From Paenibacillaceae bacterium (GTDB lineage: Bacteria > Bacillota > Bacilli > Paenibacillales > NBRC-103111), in NCBI GenBank assembly GCA_029256185.1, contig JAQSYI010000003.1, positions 202,409-266,408 of the forward strand: 64,000 nt of DNA, read 5' to 3'. The notes below the pieces were generated by a model. That model did not search any database. It was not told the DNA's origin and saw only the letters and a program-made list of their open reading frames with translations. Shown piece after piece: positions 36,716-46,500 of the stretch. Position numbers and translations under genes: made by a program. Positions within the stretch are counted from its first letter, which is position 1. The number at the start of each line of letters is the position of its first letter.

Positions 36716-38278
36716 CTACCGGAGGATACCCTCCTCCTGAAGCTGGGTGGTATAAATGCCCAGCAGTTCGCTGAGCTTGAACTTGTCCTCCAGCGTCTTC
36801 ACATAATCCCCCCACTTGGCAAGCGGCTCCTTGCCGGTGGCGAATTTCAGCATCATTTCGTTCATATACTTGAGCCTGTCGGCGGCCAGTGTGTCCTTGG
36901 AATCGCTGACCAGACGGGGCATGACGTTGTTATCCCGCAGATATTGCATATTCAGCGCATGATGATTCTTGGTCTCCGGGTTCTTGAAGGCGAAATAAGC
37001 CTCATCGTCTGCCCGGCGGACGAATGCATAATGATACTTCCAGTCATATTCCTTCTCGTTGTAGGACGTCTTATCCGTAATCTCCGCCTTGCCGTTCACT
37101 TCCTTCCAGGTTACATCCTTCACGCCGTAAGCCAGGTACGGATACGCCTCTTCATCCGTGTACAGGTATTGCAGCAATTCCATGATCCGCTTCGCCTTCA
37201 CCGGGTCCTTGGCCGCTTCCTTGGAAACCGCCCATTGGGAGTTCTGGAACACCTTCAGGTCCAGAATCTGGTCCCCGTGCGGACCCTTGGGCGGGGCAAT
37301 CAGCTTCCAGTCCGGCAAGGAACCGCCGATCTCCTGCATCTTCTGCACATGCTCCGGCTCCAGCCTGCGCCAGTCCTGAATGATAATGCCCACCTTGCCC
37401 TTGTACATTTTTTCATCCAGCTGCAGGCTGGTGGTGATGGTGAGCCAATCGGGATCAACCACCTTGGCCTCAATCATCCGGTTAATGAAGGTCAGCGCCT
37501 CTTGCATCCGCGGTTCCGTGTTATGATACACCACTTTTCCGTCCACGACATCCACATAATTGGGATTGACGCCGAACATCCAGAATATTTTTTGCCAGCC
37601 GTGAGTCAGGGTGCCGTCCTTCAGCATCCCGGCGACAAAGCCGTACGTATCGTTTTTGCCGTTGCCGTCGGGATCATTGTAGGTAAACGCTTTCATCACC
37701 TCCAGCAGCTCATCAGCCGTTTCCGGCACCTTCAGGTTCAGCTTCTTCAGCCAGTCATTGTTGATCCACCAGCCGTTAATGCCCCCTACCGACTCCACGC
37801 CCGGCACGCCGATGGTATTGCCTTTGTACCGAAGGGGCTCCCAACGCCATGCGTCAAAAGCGTCCACCAGCCGGGGCGTTCCCTTCAGCAGCTCATCCAG
37901 CTCCGCCGTTACGCCCTGATTGTAATATTTCACCGCATCCACCCGCGTCGGCAGATGAATAAGGTCCGGCGTTTGCCCGGAGGCCACCAATGTATTCAGC
38001 TTATCCAGGGCCCCATCGCCGATCACCGTCATATCCAGCTCAATATTGACGGCTTTTTCGATCATTTGCCGGATGGGATCTTTATCGATGGGCAATACAG
38101 GAACCGTAGGGCGGAACCCCGCCGTATTGAACATGGTGATCTTAATCCGGGCATTCTCCTCTCCTCCGGTCGCGGACGGCTCCCCTTCCTTCTCCGCACC
38201 TCCGCCGCAGCCTGCCAGCAGACCGCCGGCCAGCAATAGGGCTGCCATCCCCTGGAAGATTTGCTTGTTCTTTTTCAT
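36716..38278 (-). CDS. Oligosaccharide ABC solute-binding lipoprotein (LplA-like)
   Basis: Lipobox LAGC, KLNTLVASGQTPD, PETADELLEVMKAFTYNDPDGNGKNDTYG. Confidence 0.93.
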   Translation of the reverse strand: MKKNKQIFQGMAALLLAGGLLAGCGGGAEKEGEPSATGGEENARIKITMFNTAGFRPTVPVLPIDKDPIRQMIEKAVNIELDMTVIGDGALDKLNTLVASGQTPDLIHLPTRVDAVKYYNQGVTAELDELLKGTPRLVDAFDAWRWEPLRYKGNTIGVPGVESVGGINGWWINNDWLKKLNLKVPETADELLEVMKAFTYNDPDGNGKNDTYGFVAGMLKDGTLTHGWQKIFWMFGVNPNYVDVVDGKVVYHNTEPRMQEALTFINRMIEAKVVDPDWLTITTSLQLDEKMYKGKVGIIIQDWRRLEPEHVQKMQEIGGSLPDWKLIAPPKGPHGDQILDLKVFQNSQWAVSKEAAKDPVKAKRIMELLQYLYTDEEAYPYLAYGVKDVTWKEVNGKAEITDKTSYNEKEYDWKYHYAFVRRADDEAYFAFKNPETKNHHALNMQYLRDNNVMPRLVSDSKDTLAADRLKYMNEMMLKFATGKEPLAKWGDYVKTLEDKFKLSELLGIYTTQLQEEGILR

Positions 38279-38346
38279 ATGACCCTCTCCTTCAGACAGA
38301 TATATATGAAGGGATGCGTCCCTATCATATCATAACATGAAAGCCG

Positions 38347-39219
38347 TTACCCCTTTACCGAGCCCAGCAGGACCCCTTTGGCAAAATGCTTCTGGATAAA
38401 CGGATATACCAGCAGAATCGGAACCGTCGTCACGATGACCGCCGCCATCTGAATCGAGATGGGATTGACCGCATCCTGCATGTCGGGAATATTCTCGTTA
38501 TTAAGGGCTGTTGCGCCCAGCAATATATTGCGCAGCACCACCTGGAGGGGATATTTGTCCGCATCCTGAATGTACAATACGGCGTCGAAGAAGCTGTTCC
38601 AATGCCCGACGGCGTAAAACAAGCCGATGGTGGCAAGAATCGGCGCAGACAACGGCAGCACCACGCTCCACAGAATCCGCAGCTCCCCGGCTCCGTCCAT
38701 TCGCGCCGACTCGTCGATGGCCTCCGGCAGCTGCTCGAAAAAGCCTTTGACAATAAGCAGATTAAACGCGCTGATCAGGCCGGGAACCATAAGCGACCAG
38801 ACGGAATTCAGCATTCCCAGCTCCTTCACCAGCAGATATTGGGGAATCATCCCGCCGCTGAACAGCATGGTAAAGACGATGTACAGCAGGAAGAATCGGC
38901 GTCCCTTCAGGCTCTTCCGGGCAAGGGGGTAGGCGGTCAGCATGGTAAAAGCCAGGTTCAGGAGTGTTCCCGCAGCCGTTACGAACAAGGTGACGCGATA
39001 GGCGCTGTAGATCAGCTTCGTGCCCAATATTTCCTTATAGGCAGCCAACGTAATATGCTCGGGTATGATGACGATGGAACGGCGCATGGCTTCCGCCTGG
39101 GAGGTGAAGGACACCCCCAGCACATACAGGAAGGGAAACAGACAGATGGCCATAAGCGCCAGCAGGGTAAGATAAATGAGCGCATGGACGATTTTTTCGG
39201 CCGGGGTCAGCTTATACAT
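38347..39219 (-). CDS. ABC permease (LplC/YtcP-like)
   Basis: Start re-called at ATG 39219 (RBS AAGGAGG). AYPLARK, EAA motif IDESARMDGAG, YAVGHWNSFF and KHFAKGVLLGSVKG. Confidence 0.92.
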   Translation of the reverse strand: MYKLTPAEKIVHALIYLTLLALMAICLFPFLYVLGVSFTSQAEAMRRSIVIIPEHITLAAYKEILGTKLIYSAYRVTLFVTAAGTLLNLAFTMLTAYPLARKSLKGRRFFLLYIVFTMLFSGGMIPQYLLVKELGMLNSVWSLMVPGLISAFNLLIVKGFFEQLPEAIDESARMDGAGELRILWSVVLPLSAPILATIGLFYAVGHWNSFFDAVLYIQDADKYPLQVVLRNILLGATALNNENIPDMQDAVNPISIQMAAVIVTTVPILLVYPFIQKHFAKGVLLGSVKG

Positions 39220-39230
39220 GGAGTTCCTCC

Positions 39231-40184
39231 TTACCAGATTTGCCCGTCGAATTTTTTGGCTGTCTGATTCGCGGCAATTAACAGGATTAAACCGATGAAA
39301 GATTTGAACAGGCCGACAGCCGTAGCCAAGCCGTAGCGCATTTCCTGAATGCCCACGCGGTACACCCAGGTGTCCAAAATATCGGAGGCTTCCCGGTTCA
39401 TGGCGTTGCTCATCATAAATACCTGATCGAAGCCCACATCCAGAATGTGGCTTAGCCGCAAAATCAGCATCAGGATAATGACGTTCCGTATCCCCGGAAG
39501 CGTGATATGCCACAGCTGCCTGGTCTTGGAGGCCCCGTCCACCACAGCCGCCTCATACAAGCTGGGGTCCACCCCGGCAATGGCCGCCAAATAGACGATA
39601 GCTCCCCAGCCCATGGAATGCCACAGATCCGTGGACACCAGCAGGGTGCGAATCCAGCCCGGCTCCGTCAGGAAAAAGACCGGGTCCATGCCCAACTGCT
39701 TCAGAATCAGATTGAACAGTCCCTCTCCCGGGGCCATAAAGGCAATCAGCAGACCGTAAATGATAATCCACGAGATAAAATGGGGCAAATAGCTGATGGT
39801 CTGCACCAGCTTCTTGAACCAGCCGAAGCGGACCTCATTTAACATCAAGGCCAGAAGAATCGGCGCCGGAAACACGAACACCAGCTTGTAAAAGGCGATC
39901 ATGATGGTGTTGCCCAGCAGTTCGGCGAAATACACACCTTCAAAAAACATTCTGAAATTATCCCAGCCCACCCACGGGCTGCCCCACACGCCTTCGGTCA
40001 GGCGGTAATCCTTGAATGCAATCAGAATGCCCCCCATAGGCACATACTTGAACAGCGTAAAGTAAACCAGACCGGGGAGCAGCAGCACATACAGCATGGC
40101 GTTCAGGCGGAACGGACGCAGGCTCCGGTTCAAGGCCGATGCCCGCAGCCCGGCCGACAGCTTGGCAAAAGTTGCATTTATCAT
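39231..40184 (-). CDS. ABC permease (LplB/YteP-like)
   Basis: Start re-called at ATG 40184. FKYVPMGGILIAFKDY, YLPHFISW, EAA motif LYEAAVVDGAS and ATAVGLFKS. Confidence 0.92.
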   Translation of the reverse strand: MINATFAKLSAGLRASALNRSLRPFRLNAMLYVLLLPGLVYFTLFKYVPMGGILIAFKDYRLTEGVWGSPWVGWDNFRMFFEGVYFAELLGNTIMIAFYKLVFVFPAPILLALMLNEVRFGWFKKLVQTISYLPHFISWIIIYGLLIAFMAPGEGLFNLILKQLGMDPVFFLTEPGWIRTLLVSTDLWHSMGWGAIVYLAAIAGVDPSLYEAAVVDGASKTRQLWHITLPGIRNVIILMLILRLSHILDVGFDQVFMMSNAMNREASDILDTWVYRVGIQEMRYGLATAVGLFKSFIGLILLIAANQTAKKFDGQIW

Positions 40185-40209
40185 GGGCTTCACCCTCCTC
40201 TCCGCAGCA

Positions 40210-42666
40210 TCAGGACAAGCGGCGGAACCCGTCCGCCTGATTTTCGATGATGATGGTTTGTGCCCCCGCGGCCAGCGTCTGTCCATACAGCCTTCCCCAG
40301 CATCCTTCGGGAATGGCCAGCTCAAGGGCATACCGGCCTGTCCCTGCTCGCTGGAGCGCCATACGGATTTCCCCATGGGGGGTTGGCAGCGCAGCGCTGA
40401 GCTGCTCCAGCCCGCAGGGAGCCGGGGCCAGCTCGAAGCTTCGGAAGCCGGGAGCCAGGGGCCGCAGGCCGAAGATCCCCTCGAATACAAACACGATGGG
40501 CGAGGCTCCCCAGGCGTGGCTGGCGCTGGAATACGAGATTGTCCCGTCCGCCTGGCGGTGGAATACGCTCCAGCGCTCCCATGTGGTGGTGGAGCCTGCA
40601 TCCAGCATCGCCCCATAACGGCTCATGATCAGCTCAAGTGCCCGGCCGGTTCTCCCGATCCGGGATAAGGCGCGCCCGATCACCAGCATGAAGTAGGGAC
40701 TGCCGCCCACAACCGGCGCTCCTGTCCTGCCGCTGAACACACGCCGGAATATGCGGGGAACCCGCTCATCGTCCGGGTCGTGGAGATGAAGCAACGCCAA
40801 AGCATTGGTGGGTTCGCTTACAATGCCGCTAAGGGCGCCGTCAACCAGGCAATCCGCGTACGCCCCCTCCTCCCCGCTCCACAGCCAAGCGGCCACAGCA
40901 GCCTTCAGCCTGGCGCTTTTGGCGGCGAACAGCTGCTGCGCATCATTCTCGTTCATCCGTGCGGCGAACTCGGCCATCGTCAGCAGCCCTTCCAGATACT
41001 GCAGATTCAGCGCCGTCACAATCCCGCCGCGGTTTACGTCCAGGGTGGTGTTTCCCGCTCCGTCCCCCCAGTCGATGAACGGCCAATACGGCACATCTTC
41101 CAACAGACCGTGCCCATTCTCGTACGCCGTGAACCAACGGATGGCAAGCAGCAGCTGCGGCCACCACTCCTGAAGCAGCCCGGTATCCCCGGTGTAGTGG
41201 ACATAGTCACGGAAGGAACAAATCCAGGCCAGACAGAAGGAGGGAATCGGCGGATAATTATGGTGGCCGTCGGGATATCTGGCCTTGGTCATGCCCGTCC
41301 AATCCTGGGATTGCCCCACCTGCCTGAGCAGCTTGCGGTGCAGACGGCTGTCGCCCGAATAATAATAGTTGATCACCGCCTGCCAGCGGCCATCCCCCAT
41401 CCACTGCTGCTGCTCCCTGCTGGCCGAGTCGAGAAATCCGTCCTGCATGCACAGGCGCAGCGTGCGCGCGGAGATATTCCAGATTCCCGCCAGACGCTTA
41501 TCCCTGCACTGAAGCGATGCCGTATGCTCAAGGGGATAACGCCGCGTCCGCATTCCCGCCCGGTGCAAGGTGACCGGGCCCCGGTGATTGCGCACACGAA
41601 GCTGCACGTACCGGAACGCCCGCCAGGCGAACGCTGTCTCCAGCACATGGCGCCCTTCGGCCAGAATGTAACGGTCAATGGGGCGGTTGTTGTTCATGTT
41701 CAGCAGCGCCTGCCCCTCCCACAATTCCTCGGCATAGACCACATCAAGGATCTCCCCTTCGCTGCCTGTCACCTCCAGTTGCAAGTACCCCGCCGCCATC
41801 TCTCCGAAATCCAAGGTGACAACGGAAGCTTGCCCCGGCAAGGATGCGGGCACCGTGTATTCGCCTGCTAATGTCTGACGGCAGGGGGAAGCTTCCTGCA
41901 GAATGGGCTGCTCCGCATGAATCTGATGATGAAGGCGCTCCGGAGGCAGCGGCAGCTCCGCCACCACTCCCTTGTTGACAATACCGACCGCTTGGATTTG
42001 CCCTTCCTCCAGCAGCGGAATGTCACGCACCACCCAGTTCCAGAAGGGCGACAGGCGGGTCCCCCGCCCTTTGGCCTGCACCCAGCCCTTGTCTTCATAA
42101 TCCGCTTCCGTCCAATTGCCCGGCAGCAGTCCCATATCCACAATTTCCATAGGGCCCTGGCATCCGTTGATTCTCGGCGCGCTGCGGAGCCATGCGTTGG
42201 CGGTCAAGCATTTCCAAGCGGCGTCGCTGTGCACATAGAGGGGCTCCTGTCCCGGCAGGTCAATGGCCGCCTCCACGGCCAATGCCGGAATCCGGCTGAT
42301 GGATTGGCCCGTTCCGTAGCCGTAATACAACGCCAGCACCGCAAAGACATTTTTCCCCCGTCTCAGATGCGCCGTTATATCCCACTCATCCACATATTGC
42401 TCCCGCGGATCGCTGCGGCACGGTCCCCTGCCCACATACGCTCCGTTCACATACAGCATGTAGCGGGAATCGGCGAATAACAGCACCCGGGCCGCTTCGG
42501 GCTGTCCGCTCAGGCCGAAGGTTTTGCGGAAATAACAGAAGGCGTTCTCCGGCTGCTCGTAATGGGTCTCCACCTCGTCCGGATGCCAGATCAACTGCGT
42601 TTGCTCCCGCCAGGCCATCGTCCGGCCCTGCTCCCGTTTAAATCTGGGACTGCTGGCTATATTCAC
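40210..42666 (-). CDS. GH78-type alpha-L-rhamnosidase-like glycosidase (copy B)
   Basis: Same length (818 aa) and motifs as copy A (DSASREQQQWMGD, TTTWERW, SHAW). First gene of the ABC operon. Confidence 0.85.
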   Translation of the reverse strand: MNIASSPRFKREQGRTMAWREQTQLIWHPDEVETHYEQPENAFCYFRKTFGLSGQPEAARVLLFADSRYMLYVNGAYVGRGPCRSDPREQYVDEWDITAHLRRGKNVFAVLALYYGYGTGQSISRIPALAVEAAIDLPGQEPLYVHSDAAWKCLTANAWLRSAPRINGCQGPMEIVDMGLLPGNWTEADYEDKGWVQAKGRGTRLSPFWNWVVRDIPLLEEGQIQAVGIVNKGVVAELPLPPERLHHQIHAEQPILQEASPCRQTLAGEYTVPASLPGQASVVTLDFGEMAAGYLQLEVTGSEGEILDVVYAEELWEGQALLNMNNNRPIDRYILAEGRHVLETAFAWRAFRYVQLRVRNHRGPVTLHRAGMRTRRYPLEHTASLQCRDKRLAGIWNISARTLRLCMQDGFLDSASREQQQWMGDGRWQAVINYYYSGDSRLHRKLLRQVGQSQDWTGMTKARYPDGHHNYPPIPSFCLAWICSFRDYVHYTGDTGLLQEWWPQLLLAIRWFTAYENGHGLLEDVPYWPFIDWGDGAGNTTLDVNRGGIVTALNLQYLEGLLTMAEFAARMNENDAQQLFAAKSARLKAAVAAWLWSGEEGAYADCLVDGALSGIVSEPTNALALLHLHDPDDERVPRIFRRVFSGRTGAPVVGGSPYFMLVIGRALSRIGRTGRALELIMSRYGAMLDAGSTTTWERWSVFHRQADGTISYSSASHAWGASPIVFVFEGIFGLRPLAPGFRSFELAPAPCGLEQLSAALPTPHGEIRMALQRAGTGRYALELAIPEGCWGRLYGQTLAAGAQTIIIENQADGFRRLS

Positions 42667-42712
42667 GGCTTACCCACTCCCGACTTGTCATGTTAAATTG
42701 TTTTCTGAGTTC

Positions 42713-42770
42713 ATTGTACCGGGCAAGCGGCCTTCCACCTTCTAATATTTATGGGGGTCCTTCTAAAATT
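42713..42770 (-). promoter_or_regulatory. Promoter of the GH78B-ABC operon with the shared direct repeat
   Basis: -10 TACAAT at 42713-42718; TTCTAATAT-N12-TTCTAAAAT at 42740 and 42761. Confidence 0.65.
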
Positions 42771-42902
42771 TTTGGGTGCTCCCCCTCCCGGCTTCTATCC
42801 TGATAAGATTGGATGAAGGTGTTGACCGTGATCGGGTTTCTGGCATGCAAGTTATAAAAAGAAAAAACCCTTCCGAAGAAGAGTTCATTCTAGGATAAAA
42901 AT

Positions 42903-43322
42903 TTATTCTAGTTGAAAGCTTTCTGTTTTTAAGTTGCAATAATACCGTCCTTTGATAGCCTTAAACCTCAACACACAGTAGTCTGGATCGGTCACCCCTC
43001 CTTTGTAAAACATGGTATCGCCGATTCTCCAAATGTCCTGCTTGACATCCGTATCCTCCAACACATCCACGGTACCAATGAGCATAACTCCTTCATAACG
43101 AAAGCGTCCCTTGTTATAAAAATAAATGCTTGCTTTCTCATTTTCTTGGTATTGGCTTACCCGCAGGGAAGATGTATTTGTTGTAAAATAATAACAGTTT
43201 CCATCTATTTTGCGCGGCATAAGCATGGCCTTCATGTTTGGGAAGCCATCCTCATCTATCGATGCAATAAAAGCAACCTTTTGCTTCCCAATGAACTCAA
43301 TTAGTTGGTCTTTTGTTATCAT
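42903..43322 (-). CDS. Pyridoxamine 5'-phosphate oxidase-like FMN-binding protein (general stress protein 26 family)
   Basis: Start re-called at ATG 43322. ASIDEDGFPNMKAM, YFTTNTSS, ASIYF and GVTDPDYCVLRF. The DNA is AT-rich. Confidence 0.85.
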   Translation of the reverse strand: MITKDQLIEFIGKQKVAFIASIDEDGFPNMKAMLMPRKIDGNCYYFTTNTSSLRVSQYQENEKASIYFYNKGRFRYEGVMLIGTVDVLEDTDVKQDIWRIGDTMFYKGGVTDPDYCVLRFKAIKGRYYCNLKTESFQLE

Positions 43323-43416
43323 CAAGGTAAATTCCTTTCTATCCTCATACACATTTATAATTAATCTAAAATTCATGGACGCTGTTTCAATATTATTGTA
43401 AGTGTAACACAATAAA

Positions 43417-43458
43417 CAGGGCTGAGACAGATACAATTCTGCATCTGTTTCAGCCCTG
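43417..43458. terminator. Long hairpin downstream of the giant glycosidase gene
   Basis: CAGGGCTGAGACAGAT ... ATCTGTTTCAGCCCTG; the minus strand continues TTTATT. Confidence 0.55.
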
Positions 43459-43554
43459 GACAACCTTTTGATAAAATACATATAAGGACGGGACCGGGTG
43501 CTTTTGGGGGAGCTCCGAATGAGAAAGGGCTCCCCTAGGCGGGAGGCTTCTCCC

Positions 43555-46500
43555 TCATTCCTGGGACATGCTGCTCTGTGTTACCTGTACAATAACAGCT
43601 TCACTGACGGTTACTCCCGCGGCATTCTCCAGCTCGGCACGATATTCATAGCTGCCTGGAGGTTTGCCGGTGATCGTCGTGGCTGCCGCCTGGGCCTGGG
43701 GCGTGAGCTCTGCCAGCGTCTGCGTGTCCACCAGCACGCCGTTCTCATACAGACGATAGGTGGCTCCATTCGTTCCCCACCACATGTTCATCGTGACGGT
43801 ATAGCTGCCGTCGCCGTCCCAGTTATCCTGGGAGAGCACAGGCTGGGCCGGTGCCGCATCTGTAACGTTGACGCTCCATTCCTCACTTCTTGTCGTGCCG
43901 CTTTCATTGGTCAGCTCAGCATAATAACGGTATACGCCGTTATTGCGTCCCCTTATATGGGTCTGGGCAAACTGGGCCTGGGGAGTATGGGCGGTCAACT
44001 GCCGGCTGTCAATCAACTGACCGTTCTCATACAGCTTATATTCGCTGCCGTTATTGCCCCACCACATATTCATGGAAATATTATAGTCCCCGTCTTGGAG
44101 TCCGTGGTCCACTCCATTGTCATCCGACAGCACCGGCTTGCCCGGAGCCCCTTCGGAATCGGGCGCCGCCTGTCCTGCTGATTCATTCATAAAACCCCAA
44201 CGGGGAATGAAGGAGCCTCCCCGCGCCTTGCTTCCCGTACCCCAGAATGGGGCAAAGGCGTAGCTGCCCGATTCCACCTGTCCTGCCTCCCTTGTCCAGT
44301 AGGAGGTGCCCTTCCCCCCGGTTCCGGCATCCTGGATGGCGAAGGCGAAGCTGCTCTCATGCACCTGTCCCGCCTCCAGACCCAGCAAGCTGTTCTTCAG
44401 CTCCGGCACTGTATTCCAAGACAGGGCAATATCATATACGGTGGTTTTGCCCGCATCGTCGCGGCTAACCTTGATTCTCCCCTCCGAGCCCGTGGAGGCA
44501 GTGGCGTCTATGGGCCCCAGCGGAGCAGGCAGATCCGCATTGGTCGGATAATAGGTTTGCTTGTTGGTTCCCGGCGCAGCCTGCCGGTGCAGCTCGGGGA
44601 TCTCCCCTTGCGCCATTGTTCCGATAAACAGGTAATCCATGTTGGCAGAGGTGGCCTTGGCATAGTGGGAACGACCCAGCAGCAGATCATCCGGGTTGTT
44701 CGTCAGCACGTCGAAGGCCAGCTGCACGCTGTCGGCATTGAAGGGAAAGGCGTAAGGGTCCTCAGCAAAGGGTTTGTTGGACAACTGCATTTCGTCCGGC
44801 ACAACCGCCCTGAAATAGAAATTGTCTTCATCCCATGCGGTTTTTACGGTGTAAACCACATTGTCCGACTGCTGGGGATTCTCCAGAATATCACCGATCT
44901 TGCTCGGGTCCATAATCAGCTCCAGATAATCCACGCTGCCATTGCTCACCATCGTGACCGGCAGTACGCTGCTCCAGTCCTCCGCCGTATGCTCATCCAT
45001 CCGGATGGTCTTCTTGGGCGCATAAGCGACCTGCACAGTCTGCTGTCCGGAGAATGCAGAGACCGTCTGTCCCGCTGCATTCAGCCGCTCAAATATATAC
45101 CGCACCGGATAACGGTTCCATTCATTCACGGCCGTTTCACTGGCGGGGAAGATCAGCCGCCGTTTCTCTCCCGGCTGGAGCTGCCGCACCTCCATGACAG
45201 TGCCGGCCAGCTGCCAGCCCTCCGGCGCCTGTACAGCAAGCCGGCCGTCTATGGTCTCCGGGGTGACATTCTCCACCTCGAACTCCAAGGCAGCATCCGC
45301 CGCCGTAACCGGCTTAAGCAGAGATAACGGACTGACGGACACAGGCTCCGTATAATCGAACCGGGCAGTCCGCAGCCGTTCCTTCAATTCCGCAGGGGAC
45401 AGCGAGGACACCAGATAGAAGGTTTCCCACGGCTTCAACTGCAGGACGGCCTGCTCAGCGCTGCCGTCGGAAACCAGGCGGCCCAGATAATCGTAGATTT
45501 TGATCCCCGCGGCGTTCTCCAGCTTGACTGTTCCGTTATACGGCTCCTCTGCATAGAGGGCAGCCGTAGCCTGACCGTCCTGCCGTTGGAACAGGAAGCC
45601 CCAGGTGGACTTCTCGACCGGGTACAGCTCCTCCAGAAGCTTGCTGTCCTCCAGGAAATGGGTCATGGCCGAATAGGCGATCACCCCCGGCTTGGGAGCG
45701 CGGGAAGCCGTGTCATACAGATTGAAGGCATCCCCGGAATAGGTCAGGTCCGCCGATAGGGAGAACCAGAATACATGCAGTGGGGTTTCCCCGGCGGCCA
45801 GCATATTCAGCAGATAGATGGGCGCAATCGTGCGTGCCACTCCATAGGGACGCTCCTCCGCAGGAAAATGGGCAAAATCGTACGGCTCCGCCGTTCCCAG
45901 CTCGGTCTGCCACATCCCCCCTTTCCCCTGCCCCTTCGATTCTGTTTCATCCATAATTTTCTGCAGGCTGATCATGGCGAATTTCTCCGGGTCGGGCAGA
46001 CCGTATGCATGGTTCACAGAGCCGTCCACATAGCCGGTGTCCGGCGAACCCTTGGCGTAGAGAATGTCCCGGTTGTACATGGCCGAGCCTCCGCCGATCA
46101 GCATCACATCGGGATACTCGGGCTTGACCCGCTCCCAGATCAGCTTGGCCATCTCCCGGTAATCCTGAGCCTCGCCCGTCTTCCAGGTCCATCCATGAAT
46201 CCATGGCTCGTTCCAAATCTCCCAGTTCTTCACCAAATCCTGCAGCGGAGCGATAGTGTGGTACACCATCTCCGCTTGGGCAGCAAGATCAAGGGGCCTG
46301 TTCTGATGCCGGGACAGGTTGGGCATGCCGGGAACCGGCATCACGTTCCAGGCCATGTTGTAATTAATATATCCCAAGGAGCTGACGCCGTGCTCCTGCC
46401 AGTCCAGCACCTCCTGTCGGGCTGCCTGTATCTGCGCATCAGTCCAGTACTTGCCTGGCTCGGGATTGACGATGGTGGGATCAACCTTATCAATCGCTCT

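Noticed and set aside
38330-38350. CcpA cre-like sequence TGAAAGCCGTTACC
   Set aside because: The central CG is misplaced relative to consensus and the site overlaps a stop codon region.
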